Below, one piece after another: positions 50,706 through 59,577 of a stretch of 64,000 bases of DNA. The stretch covers positions 6,336,001 through 6,400,000 of the forward strand of contig OZ242214.1 of assembly GCA_965206595.1 (NCBI GenBank), read 5' to 3'. Every line of letters starts with the position of its first letter. Positions within the stretch are counted from its first letter, which is position 1. Both the position numbers and the translations under genes were made by a program. The DNA is from Candidatus Latescibacterota bacterium. GTDB lineage: Bacteria > Latescibacterota > UBA2968 > UBA8231. The notes under the pieces are model-generated. The model saw nothing but the letters and a program-made list of their open reading frames with translations. It had not been told where the DNA came from and did no database searches.

Positions 50706-50916
50706 ATTTTCTAGGGCGCAACCTCGGTTCGGGGTTGCACCCTTTTTTGACCTGCAGCAGCGGCTCATCCCCGAGATCAGGGTCGCCCGAAAACGTCCTC
50801 TCCCTGAACGGGGTAGAGCGAGAGAGAAGCCGAAAGCACGCCGCGGCAGGCCGTCGATTCGCGCCGAGTCCTGATTGCCGGCGGAGAGCGGACGCCTCGG
50901 GGCTCGGGCCCCCTCC

Positions 50917-51753
50917 TTATCCTTCCGACTCCTTCACTTCCTCCCAGACTCGGTCCATCTCCTCGAGCGAGGCCTCCTCGAGATCGCACCCGGCGGCGCG
51001 GAAGCGCTTCTCGACGGCGCGGAACCTGCGCTCGAACTTGGCGACCGCTCGTCGCAGCGCCTCTTCGGGACAAAGGCGCAGGAAGCGGCCTGTGTTGACC
51101 AGCGCGAACAGCAGGTCGCCCATCTCCTCCTCAACACGGGCCCCCTCGCCGGGGCCCGCAGCTGTAACTCCGGCACCTGAGGGCCTCTCCCTAGCCGCCA
51201 GTTCCAGGCGCAGTTCCTCGAACTCCTCGGCTACCTTGTCGAGCGCGCCCCCTGCATGCTCCCAGTCGAACCCCGTCTTCGAGGCCTTTTCCTGAATCCG
51301 CTGCGCGCGCAGCAGCGCCGGAAGCTCCGCGGGCACCCCGTCGAGAGCGGAAACCGGATGCTCGCGGTTCTCCTCCCGCTCCGATCTCTTGATCCGTTCC
51401 CAGTTGGCAACCACCTCGTCGGCGTCCTCTACCTCGGTGCTGCCGAATACGTGCGGATGGCGGCGGATCAGCTTGTCGACGATCGCCGCGGCGACGTCGT
51501 CGATCGTGAAGCGCCCCGCCTCCGCGGCGATCTGGGAATGGAATATCACCTGCAGGAGAACGTCTCCGAGCTCCCCGACGAACTCCCGGTCGCTACCCGA
51601 GTCGATCGCCTCGAACAGCTCGTACGTCTCCTCGAGAAGGAACGGTTTGAGGGTAGCGTGGGTCTGCTCGCGGTCCCAGGGGCAGCCGTCCCGGGCCCGC
51701 AGGTGCGCCATGATCCCCACCAGGCGCTCGATACCCGAACCTTGCCCGCTCAT
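50917..51753 (-). CDS. mazG: Nucleoside triphosphate pyrophosphohydrolase MazG
   Basis: GCPWDREQTH, EETYE, ELGDVLLQV, KLIRRHPHVF, GFDW, EEMGDLLF, KFERRF. Confidence 0.95.
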   Translation of the reverse strand: MSGQGSGIERLVGIMAHLRARDGCPWDREQTHATLKPFLLEETYELFEAIDSGSDREFVGELGDVLLQVIFHSQIAAEAGRFTIDDVAAAIVDKLIRRHPHVFGSTEVEDADEVVANWERIKRSEREENREHPVSALDGVPAELPALLRAQRIQEKASKTGFDWEHAGGALDKVAEEFEELRLELAARERPSGAGVTAAGPGEGARVEEEMGDLLFALVNTGRFLRLCPEEALRRAVAKFERRFRAVEKRFRAAGCDLEEASLEEMDRVWEEVKESEG

Positions 51754-52151
51754 TCCCCCTCCCCCTCGCCGGCCGCGGTCTGCAACTCGGTGTACTTGAG
51801 GTTGCGGCCCCTCGCTTTCTCGACCGGGTACTGTTGCGCGGATAGCGCCAGCTTTTCCGCGAGAATGGAGCTCGTGTCCAGTCCGAGGTTTGCGCACATC
51901 AGGAGCACGAAGTAGAGGACGTCGGCCAGCTCGTGGGCGACCCGCCGCCGCTGCCCGGAATCGACCATCATTCCTTCGATCTCCTCGTTGCTGCGAAAGC
52001 GGAACTGCTCGAGTAGCTCAGCGGCCTCGATCGCCAGCCCGATGGCCAAGTCCTTGGGAAAATGATACTGGTCCCAGTCGCGGTCGCTGACGAACTCGCG
52101 TACCCGGGCCTTGAGCTCGGCCACAACCGTGCTGTCGTCGTTGAATTCCAT
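51750..52151 (-). CDS. MazG-like single-domain nucleotide pyrophosphohydrolase (dCTPP1/RS21-C6-like)
   Basis: FVSDRDWDQYHFPKDLA, EAAELLE, ELADV, YPVEKARG..KY; ATGA overlap with mazG. Confidence 0.9.
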   Translation of the reverse strand: MEFNDDSTVVAELKARVREFVSDRDWDQYHFPKDLAIGLAIEAAELLEQFRFRSNEEIEGMMVDSGQRRRVAHELADVLYFVLLMCANLGLDTSSILAEKLALSAQQYPVEKARGRNLKYTELQTAAGEGEGE

Positions 52152-52373
52152 CCGGTCTCCCCTCGTAGGTGTAGGACGAAATCTCTGTTGCCATCTTCCC
52201 AGAGACCGCCCTATATTGCCCCTCTGTCTCGTGGCGGTCGCGAGGCTTTTTTCTACTTGGTTCCACGAAAATACCTCAGTAAATCTTTCCCTCGCGTGCG
52301 ACCTGCACCCTCGTCGCGCGGGCAGGCCGGGACTGTTTCGTGCAGCCAATCCACGGGAGAGAGCGGGCGGAAA

Positions 52374-53150
52374 ATGGGAAAGGTCATCGCAATCGCCAAT
52401 CAGAAGGGCGGGGTGGGAAAGACGACGACGGCGGTAAACCTTTCGGCCTGCCTCGCCGCCAACGGACGCAGTACCCTCCTCGTCGATCTCGATCCCCAGG
52501 CAAACGCAACCAGCGGCTGCGAAGCGGGCCTCGAGCAATACGACGGCTCCGTGTACGAAGTTCTGGTCGGACAGGCCCCGCTCGAGGGCGTAATATGCTC
52601 GAGTGATATTCCCGATCTCGAGCTGGTACCCTCGAACATCAGCCTGGCGGGCGCCGAAGTCGAGATGGCCTCCGTTTTCGGACGCGAAAAGAAGCTCGCC
52701 GAGGCCTTGAAGGAAGTTAAGGAGAACTACGATTTCGTAATCCTCGACTGCCCACCTTCCCTCGGGCTGCTCACGGTCAACGCCCTGTCCGCGGCCGACT
52801 CGGTGTTGATCCCGGTGCAGTGCGAGTACTACGCTCTCGAGGGCCTGAGCAAGCTGCTAAACTCGGTGCAGCTCGTACAGCGCTACCTCAACCCCGACCT
52901 CGAAGTGGAGGGGGTCCTGCTGACGATGTACGACGAGCGCCTGCAGCTGTCCAAGCGGGTGGCGGCCGAAGTCAGATCCTACTTCGAGGACAAGGTTTTC
53001 GATACCCTTATCAAGCGCAACGTCAGTCTCGCCTCGGCTCCCAGCTTCGGCATGCCCGTCATTCTGCACGAGCCGCGTTCGACCGGAGCCCGGAACTACC
53101 GCCAGCTCGCCGAAGAACTCACTACCGCGGCCGGCCCGGACTTCAACTGA
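52374..53150 (+). CDS. parA: ParA/Soj chromosome partitioning ATPase
   Basis: NQKGGVGKTTT, DLDPQANAT, DCPPSLG, PVQCEYYALEG, APSFG. Confidence 0.95.
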   Translation: MGKVIAIANQKGGVGKTTTAVNLSACLAANGRSTLLVDLDPQANATSGCEAGLEQYDGSVYEVLVGQAPLEGVICSSDIPDLELVPSNISLAGAEVEMASVFGREKKLAEALKEVKENYDFVILDCPPSLGLLTVNALSAADSVLIPVQCEYYALEGLSKLLNSVQLVQRYLNPDLEVEGVLLTMYDERLQLSKRVAAEVRSYFEDKVFDTLIKRNVSLASAPSFGMPVILHEPRSTGARNYRQLAEELTTAAGPDFN

Positions 53151-53218
53151 TCCCCCGGAGACCGGCCGCGGGCTCCATCATCGCATCTCGCAGCGGGCAA
53201 CGCACGACGAGGTCGACC

Positions 53219-53977
53219 ATGCATATCGTCGACAGCCACTGTCACACCGGTCTTCACAAGTACGAGCCGATCGACCACCTGCTGTTCCATATGGACCGCT
53301 CGGGGGTCGACAAGGCGGTGCTTATCCAGTACAACGGCAACAGCGACAACAGCTATCTCGTCGACTGCCTGCGCACCCACGGGGATCGCCTTCAGGGGGC
53401 CATGATCGTGCCTGCGGACGATGACGGCGGCGCCATCCGCAGGTGGGCGGACCAGGGTGTCGGCGGCATCCGCCTGCTCGCCGGCTCGCGGGCTTCGTGC
53501 GCCGAGCCGATGGCTCACTGGCGCACCGCGGCCGAGGTCGACCTCGTGGTCAGCGCCTTCTGCTCCCCCGCCAGCCTGCTGTCCCCGCGCTTCCGGGAGG
53601 TCGTCGAGACCTTCCCGGAACTGCGCATCGTCATCGAGCACCTCGGCGGCGTCGGCCAGGACGAAAAACCCCCGTACAGCGAGTTCGCCGAGGTCCTGAA
53701 GCTGGCCTCCTACCCAAACCTGACGATGAAAGTTCCCGGGTTCGGGGAATTCTGCCGGCTCCCGCATCCCTTCCAGGAGGTGCCGCCCCTGGCGCGCATG
53801 GCCCTGGAAGCTTTCGGCCCCAGCCGCCTGATGTGGGGCAGCGACTATCCCCCGGTCAGCTCCCGCGAGGGGTACGACAATTCGCTGACCTTCCCGCGGG
53901 AGTATTTCTCCGACCTCGACGCAGGCGACCGCGACTGGATCTTCGGGGGCACCGCCATCGGGGTCTGGGGACTGTAG
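53219..53977 (+). CDS. Amidohydrolase_2 family protein
   Basis: DSHCH, VIEHLG, RLMWGSDYP, IFGGTA. Confidence 0.9.
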   Translation: MHIVDSHCHTGLHKYEPIDHLLFHMDRSGVDKAVLIQYNGNSDNSYLVDCLRTHGDRLQGAMIVPADDDGGAIRRWADQGVGGIRLLAGSRASCAEPMAHWRTAAEVDLVVSAFCSPASLLSPRFREVVETFPELRIVIEHLGGVGQDEKPPYSEFAEVLKLASYPNLTMKVPGFGEFCRLPHPFQEVPPLARMALEAFGPSRLMWGSDYPPVSSREGYDNSLTFPREYFSDLDAGDRDWIFGGTAIGVWGL

Positions 53978-53986
53978 GGCGGGACC

Positions 53987-54928
53987 TCACCCGTCCGGAG
54001 CGACCAACACCGACTTGAGGATGCGCTCGGCTCCCGGTGCCTCGAAATCCGCGTCCGCTTCGGGAGCCGGCCCCGGAACTGCATCCCTTCCCCTCAAGGC
54101 CTCCGCAACTACCTGCTCGAACCGAGGGGCCGTCCACTTCTCGTAGTTGCTGCTGACCAGCATCTTCCCGCCAGGCCGCAGCAGGGCGGCGGCGGCGGCG
54201 AGCAGGGCCGGCAGATCGCGTTCGATGCGGAAGACACCTTCGGCGCCGCGCGAGAAAGAGGGCGGGTCGCAGACGATCAGGTCGAACCGCCGGCCCCGGC
54301 GCCTGCAGCCGCGCATGAACTGGCGCGCGTCGACCCCGGCGAACTCGATCAGGAGTTCGTCGAGATCGTTGAGGCGGACGTTCTCTCGGGCCCATTCGAG
54401 ATTTGCCCGGCTGCTGTCGACGTTGACGACCTCCTCGGCGCCGCCGCGGGCCGCGCACAGCCCGAAGCCTCCCGTGTAGGCGAACAGGTTCAACACTTTC
54501 CTGCCCTGCGCTTCCCCCAGAATCCATTCGCGATTGCGCCGCTGGTCGAGAAACAGCCCGGGCGCCTGCCCTCGGTCGGAGCGCAGCATGTAGGCCAACC
54601 CGTGCTCCTCCACCCTCCAGACCGCAGGCGCCTCCGCCGAGCTCCAGGTCCGGCTCCGGTTGGGGGCGAAACCCCGGTCCGGCATCTCCCGCGCAATCCA
54701 GTGCTCGCAGCCGGCGAGGCGGCAGACTAGCTCGAAGTACTGCATCTGGAGGACCGTCGGGGCCGCTTGGCGGTACCAGTAGAACCAGCAGACAGGCCCC
54801 AGCCGGTCGCAGCGCACGCCGTTTCCGTCGGTATGGATCAGCCGCACCGCCGGCAACCGGCGCAGCGACGGGTCGGCGAGCCGCAGCTCGACCGCCCCCA
54901 GCCAGACCCTGCGGTCCTCCGGATTCAC
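53987..54928 (-). CDS. Class I SAM-dependent methyltransferase (RlmI/RlmK-like)
   Basis: GLFLDQRRNR, LNLFAYTGGF, DPPSF; GTGA overlap with upstream gene. Confidence 0.85.
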   Translation of the reverse strand: MNPEDRRVWLGAVELRLADPSLRRLPAVRLIHTDGNGVRCDRLGPVCWFYWYRQAAPTVLQMQYFELVCRLAGCEHWIAREMPDRGFAPNRSRTWSSAEAPAVWRVEEHGLAYMLRSDRGQAPGLFLDQRRNREWILGEAQGRKVLNLFAYTGGFGLCAARGGAEEVVNVDSSRANLEWARENVRLNDLDELLIEFAGVDARQFMRGCRRRGRRFDLIVCDPPSFSRGAEGVFRIERDLPALLAAAAALLRPGGKMLVSSNYEKWTAPRFEQVVAEALRGRDAVPGPAPEADADFEAPGAERILKSVLVAPDG

Positions 54929-55875
54929 GGTTTCTCGATTCCCAGCTTGCGCAGGCGGTCGAACAGGGTCGAACGCTTCATCCCCAGCATGCGGGCGGCC
55001 GCGGAGATATTTCCCGCGCTTTTGCGCAGGGCCGCCTCGAGGTGGTGGCGCTCCAGTATCTGCAGCTGGGACCCCAAGGGGAGGACCGGAACCGGGGGTT
55101 CGTCGGCGAGCAGATGCCCGAGCTGCAGCACCGTGCCGTCGCAGCGCAGGACGGCGCGTTTCAAGGCCACCGAGAGCTCGCGCACGTTGTTCTCCGCCCA
55201 ATCCCGGTTCTGCAGCCAGGCCGCGGCTTCCCCCGACAGCGAGCGCAGACCGCTCTTGCCGAACTGGTGGGAGAATTGGGCGAGGAAATGGTGCGCCAGC
55301 GGCAGGATGTCGCCGCGCCGCTCGCGCAGGGGCGGCATGCAAAGCTCGAATTCGGCGAGCCGGTAGAAGAGGTCGGCGCGAAACTGCCCGGCCCCCATGC
55401 AGGTCCGCAGGGGGCGGTTGGTGGCGCAGATTACGCGTAGGTCGACCGGCACCTCGGCGCTGTGGCCTAGGGGCCGTACCGCCCGTTCCTGTAGAACGCG
55501 CAGCAGTTTGGGCTGCAGGGGAAGCGACAGCTCGGAAACCTCGTCGAGGAACAGCGTGCCGCGGTCGGCGCGCCGGATGAGGCCGTCGCGGTCGCGGTCG
55601 GCCCCGGTGAACAGCCCCTTGCGATGGCCGAACAGTTCCGCTTCCAGCAGCTGCTCCGGCAGGGCAGCACAGTTGACCGCAACGAACCGCCCCCGCTTGC
55701 GTGCCGGGTCGTCGAAGTGGAGCGAGCGCGCCAGCAGTTCCTTCCCGGTTCCGCTCTCCCCTTCTATCAGCACATTGATCGGCAGGCCGAGAAGGCGCCG
55801 GACGTCGGCCAGAACCTCGGCGAGGCCGTTGGAATTGCCGATGAGCTCACCGGTCCCGGCATGTCTTTCAGTCAT
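54925..55875 (-). CDS. Sigma54-interaction AAA+ regulator with Fis-type HTH, no N-terminal sensor domain
   Basis: [25 protein letters not shown] (GAFTGA variant), [24 protein letters not shown]. Confidence 0.9.
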   Translation of the reverse strand: MTERHAGTGELIGNSNGLAEVLADVRRLLGLPINVLIEGESGTGKELLARSLHFDDPARKRGRFVAVNCAALPEQLLEAELFGHRKGLFTGADRDRDGLIRRADRGTLFLDEVSELSLPLQPKLLRVLQERAVRPLGHSAEVPVDLRVICATNRPLRTCMGAGQFRADLFYRLAEFELCMPPLRERRGDILPLAHHFLAQFSHQFGKSGLRSLSGEAAAWLQNRDWAENNVRELSVALKRAVLRCDGTVLQLGHLLADEPPVPVLPLGSQLQILERHHLEAALRKSAGNISAAARMLGMKRSTLFDRLRKLGIEKP

Positions 55876-56090
55876 CTTTTCTATCACTGCAATCACCCTG
55901 TGTCGTCGAGTTCCCGTTGCCGTGCACAGCCTCACGCTGCCCGTGCGAGGGGTCGAGGCCATGCCCCCCGGTACCGGATTTCCGGCAGGCGGCAGCGCCT
56001 CCACGGACGGCCGCTCACAGTCTGACGGATGAACCCGCAGGAGTACTCGCGAAAAGGGGGAAAGTGCCGGACCGGGGAGGCAACGGGGGC

Positions 56091-56106
56091 CGGCACGCAT
56101 CTTGCA
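56091..56106 (+). promoter_or_regulatory. Sigma54 (-24/-12) promoter
   Basis: CGGCACGCATCTTGCA: GG(56092-93)-N10-GC(56104-05) matches TGGCACG-N4-TTGC; about 125 bp upstream of ATG 56232. Confidence 0.75.
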
Positions 56107-56231
56107 GCGAGCGCGGAGCATTCCGGGGCGAGGGGCGTCTAGCCTCCGCGAGGGGCGTCTACCCTCCGCCAGCGGCCGGCTACCGCAGCAGGCCGGGTAT
56201 CAAGGTCACTTTCGACGAGGAAAGACACGAC

Positions 56232-57269
56232 ATGTCGCATACCGAGATCCAAACCGGCCAGGCGGTAACGGTTCGCAATCCACCCTTCTCCCCTCCGCAG
56301 ACCGCCAAGGGGGAACCGGACTTGATGGTGACGGGAAACAGCCGAATGAAGCGGGTCCTCGACGAGCTCGAGCGCATGGCCCGGACGGGGGCGACGGTCC
56401 TGATCCAGGGTGAATCCGGAACCGGTAAGGAGGTGCTGGCGCGGGCGATTCACCGTCAAAGCCCGCGCTCCGAGGGGCCCTTCGTGCGGGTGAACTGCGC
56501 ATCCCTGCCGGAGGGGATCCTGGAAAGCGAGCTCTTCGGCCACGAAAAGGGGGCCTTCACCGGGGCCGTGCGGCAGCGGCCAGGGCGCTTCGAGCTCGCC
56601 CACCAGGGGACCATCCTGCTCGACGAGATCGGGACCGCCGACGGCAAGGTGCAACAGCGCCTGCTGCGCGTTATCCAGGAACGGGAGTTCGAACGCATCG
56701 GCGGCACCCGCACCCTGCGCACCGATGTCCGCGTCGTCGCCGCGACCAACGTCGACTTGGCCGCGGCGGTGAAGCGCGGGGAATTCCGGGAGGATCTCTA
56801 CTACCGCCTCAACGTCCTGCCGATAGAGCTTCCGCCGCTCCGGGACCGCGGCGAGGACATCCCCCTGCTGATCGAGCATTTCCTGGCCCGGTCCGGCCGC
56901 CGGAAGGGGCACACCCTGCGCATCCGGTCCGATGCCGTCGAGTGCCTGCAGCAGTACCCCTGGCCGGGAAACATCCGGCAGCTCGAAAACATCTTGGAGC
57001 GCATGGTGATCCTCGCGCGCGGGGAGGAGCTGACCTGCGCCGACATTCCCGCGGAGGTCGCCACTTGGCAGGAGCAGGAGGAGTTGGCGGAAATGGGCGC
57101 CACCACCTACTGGGAGGCGCGCAAGCAGTTCGAGCGCCGGTTCCTGTGCGGTGCCCTGCGGCGTCACAACGGGGTAATCACCCACGTGGCCGAGGCGATC
57201 GGAATCTCGCGCAAGCACCTGTACATGCGTCTCGACCAGTTGCGCATCGACTACAGGCGGTATCGATAA
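56232..57269 (+). CDS. Sigma54-dependent transcriptional activator with HTH, no N-terminal sensor domain
   Basis: [55 protein letters not shown]. Confidence 0.92.
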   Translation: MSHTEIQTGQAVTVRNPPFSPPQTAKGEPDLMVTGNSRMKRVLDELERMARTGATVLIQGESGTGKEVLARAIHRQSPRSEGPFVRVNCASLPEGILESELFGHEKGAFTGAVRQRPGRFELAHQGTILLDEIGTADGKVQQRLLRVIQEREFERIGGTRTLRTDVRVVAATNVDLAAAVKRGEFREDLYYRLNVLPIELPPLRDRGEDIPLLIEHFLARSGRRKGHTLRIRSDAVECLQQYPWPGNIRQLENILERMVILARGEELTCADIPAEVATWQEQEELAEMGATTYWEARKQFERRFLCGALRRHNGVITHVAEAIGISRKHLYMRLDQLRIDYRRYR

Positions 57270-57274
57270 CCGAG

Positions 57275-58363
57275 CTACGGGGTTTCGGGCAACACCGGCA
57301 TCGCCGCACCGCCGCGGAACTTCTCCAGCTGGGCCAGCAGGTAGTCGTACTGCTCGCCGCCCGGGAGCTCCATCACCAGTGCCAGCTCCATCAGGGCGAT
57401 GGCACGCTGGCGCTGACCGAGCAGGAAAAGCAGCTCGGCGTAGGTGTCGAGAAAGACGACGTTGTCCGGGGCGCTCTTGACTGCGCGTAGCGACAAGTCG
57501 AGAGCTCGCTCCAGCTGCACCCCTTCCTCGGCGTAGAGCCAGGCGAGGTTGTTGAGAGTCAGCGGCGTCTCCTCCTTTCGAAGGGAGCGCTCGTAGTACT
57601 CGATGGCCCGTTGCCGCGCCCCGATGCCGTAGTAGACCATGGCGATGTGGGAGGCGGTCGCCGCCGGTGCATGCGAAGCGGCCATGGCCTCCTCGAACCG
57701 GAGTCCGGCCTTCTCTTCCAGGCCCTGCCTGAGACGGCATTCCCCGAGCAGCAGCAGGGTGTACTCCTCGCCCGCGCGCGACAGCGCCTTCTGCAGCACC
57801 ACGGCGCAGTCCTCGAAGCGCTCCTGCCGCAGGTAGATCCTGCCGAGCTGGACGAGGGCGAAGTCGCGGGCGCCGCTGTCTATGCTGTCAGCCGGAGCGA
57901 TCGCCTCCTCGAGCAACTCCAGGGCCGTCCCCGCTTCATCCAACCCGCGATAGGCCCAGCCCAGTCCCGCACGGACGTGCCAGTTTTCGGGGAACTCCGC
58001 GCGCAGCTCCCCAAGGGCGTCCCGCGCCAGATCGAGGCGATTCTCCTGAAGGCAGATCTCCCGCAGTGTCGCGAACAGGCGGGGGTCGTCCGGCTCGATA
58101 CGAATCGCCCCTTGCATTTGCTCTACTGCGCTTTCGACATCCTCGAGGCCGAGATGGGCGAGAGCGGCCAGCAGCCGCGGTCTCGTCGCCACGCTCTCCT
58201 CGCGCCGCGCTCTCTCCGCCTCCTGCAAGGCGCGCTCGTAGTACCCCTGCTCTAGAAAGTGACGGGCGAGATGCCCGTGATCGACGGGGGAGCCGCCGCA
58301 GTGGTTCTCGATGACGAAAACGCCGGTCAGAGAAAACACCAGCGGCGCGGCGCGCAGCACCAT
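57275..58363 (-). CDS. Tetratricopeptide repeat protein
   Basis: Repeated helical pairs; LNNLAWLYA...LDTYA; coupled to rodA stop. Confidence 0.85.
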   Translation of the reverse strand: MVLRAAPLVFSLTGVFVIENHCGGSPVDHGHLARHFLEQGYYERALQEAERARREESVATRPRLLAALAHLGLEDVESAVEQMQGAIRIEPDDPRLFATLREICLQENRLDLARDALGELRAEFPENWHVRAGLGWAYRGLDEAGTALELLEEAIAPADSIDSGARDFALVQLGRIYLRQERFEDCAVVLQKALSRAGEEYTLLLLGECRLRQGLEEKAGLRFEEAMAASHAPAATASHIAMVYYGIGARQRAIEYYERSLRKEETPLTLNNLAWLYAEEGVQLERALDLSLRAVKSAPDNVVFLDTYAELLFLLGQRQRAIALMELALVMELPGGEQYDYLLAQLEKFRGGAAMPVLPETP

Positions 58364-59577
58364 CAGTACTCGTTCCGGTAGTTGTAGACGTGGAGCAGCA
58401 GGCCGATGGCAATCCAGTTGGCCAACAGGGAAGAGCCCCCGTAGCTCAGGAAAGGAAGGGGCAATCCGGTCACCGGCATCACGCCGATGGTCATGCCGAC
58501 GTTGACGAACACGTGGAAAGTGAACATCGACGCTAGGCCGATCGCCGTCAGGCTGAAAAACCGGTTGCTCGCCATCGTGCCGATGTAGAGCGAGCGGCAG
58601 ATGACCGCCAGAAATAACGCCAGGACCAGGAGAACCCCGCCGAAGCCGAGCTCCTCTCCAATGACGGAGAAGATGAAGTCGGTGTGGGCGGCAGGCAGGA
58701 ATTCGTACTTGGCCTGCGTCCCCTCAAGGAATCCCTTCCCGGTCAACCCCCCCGATCCGATGGCGATTTTCGACTGGATGATGTTCCAGCCGGCACCAAG
58801 CGGATCGCTTTCGGGATCGAGCATGGTCAGGATGCGGGTTTTCTGGTAGTCGCGAACTATTTCCGACCACAGGTACAGCCCCGCAGTCAGGTTGACGGCC
58901 AGCAGTGCCAGGGTCGCCCACAGCCGCGCCACCACGAGGTGGATGCCGACCGAGCTGGCGATGATGAAGAAGGCGTACAGAATGGCGGCGTTGTCCGGCC
59001 CCCACAGCGGCTCGAAGGAAAAGAGGACGCTGAGCACGGGAGCGACGATGATAAGCAGGTGTGAGGGCCTCATCCCCGCCCAGTAGATCATCGAAAACAA
59101 CGACCCGCCCATGGCGACCGCGGTACCCAGGTCTGGTTGCTTGGCGACCAGGACCATCGGCGCGAGGGTCAGGGCCATGACCATAACGAACGGCTTTACG
59201 CTGTTCATCTGCTCGGCGTTGGTGTCTCCGAGGCAGCGAGCAAGGGCGAGCACGGTGGTCACCTTCACCAACTCGCTCGGCTGCAGGCGCAACGGACCGA
59301 TGGCGAGCCAGCGCGCCGGTTCACCGGACCCCCAGACCAGCACGGCAGCCAGCAGGAGCAGGGAAAAACCGTACGCCGGGTACGCCAGTCCGAAGAGGAG
59401 GCGCTCCGGCACGTAGACGATGGCGGCGGCAGAAAAAACCGAGCACAGGGCGAAAAAGGCCTGGTTCTTCCAGATATCGGACTCGTTGGCGGCGCTGTGG
59501 ATCATGAAGACCCCCACCACCACCATCGCCGCGGCCGGCGCCAGCAACAGCAAGTCGAAGTCGCGAGCCGCTCTCAC
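58363..59577 (-). CDS. rodA: Rod shape-determining protein RodA
   Basis: RWL...LQPSELVK, QPDLGTA, YQKTRI, QSKIAIGSGG, HTDFIFSVIGEELG, PVTGLPLPFLSYGGSS. Confidence 0.96.
   Translation of the reverse strand: MRAARDFDLLLLAPAAAMVVVGVFMIHSAANESDIWKNQAFFALCSVFSAAAIVYVPERLLFGLAYPAYGFSLLLLAAVLVWGSGEPARWLAIGPLRLQPSELVKVTTVLALARCLGDTNAEQMNSVKPFVMVMALTLAPMVLVAKQPDLGTAVAMGGSLFSMIYWAGMRPSHLLIIVAPVLSVLFSFEPLWGPDNAAILYAFFIIASSVGIHLVVARLWATLALLAVNLTAGLYLWSEIVRDYQKTRILTMLDPESDPLGAGWNIIQSKIAIGSGGLTGKGFLEGTQAKYEFLPAAHTDFIFSVIGEELGFGGVLLVLALFLAVICRSLYIGTMASNRFFSLTAIGLASMFTFHVFVNVGMTIGVMPVTGLPLPFLSYGGSSLLANWIAIGLLLHVYNYRNEY

Noticed and set aside
52258-52275. Possible parS site or origin upstream of parA (GTTCCACG...)
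   Set aside because: Only half matches the parS palindrome and no DnaA-box cluster is visible
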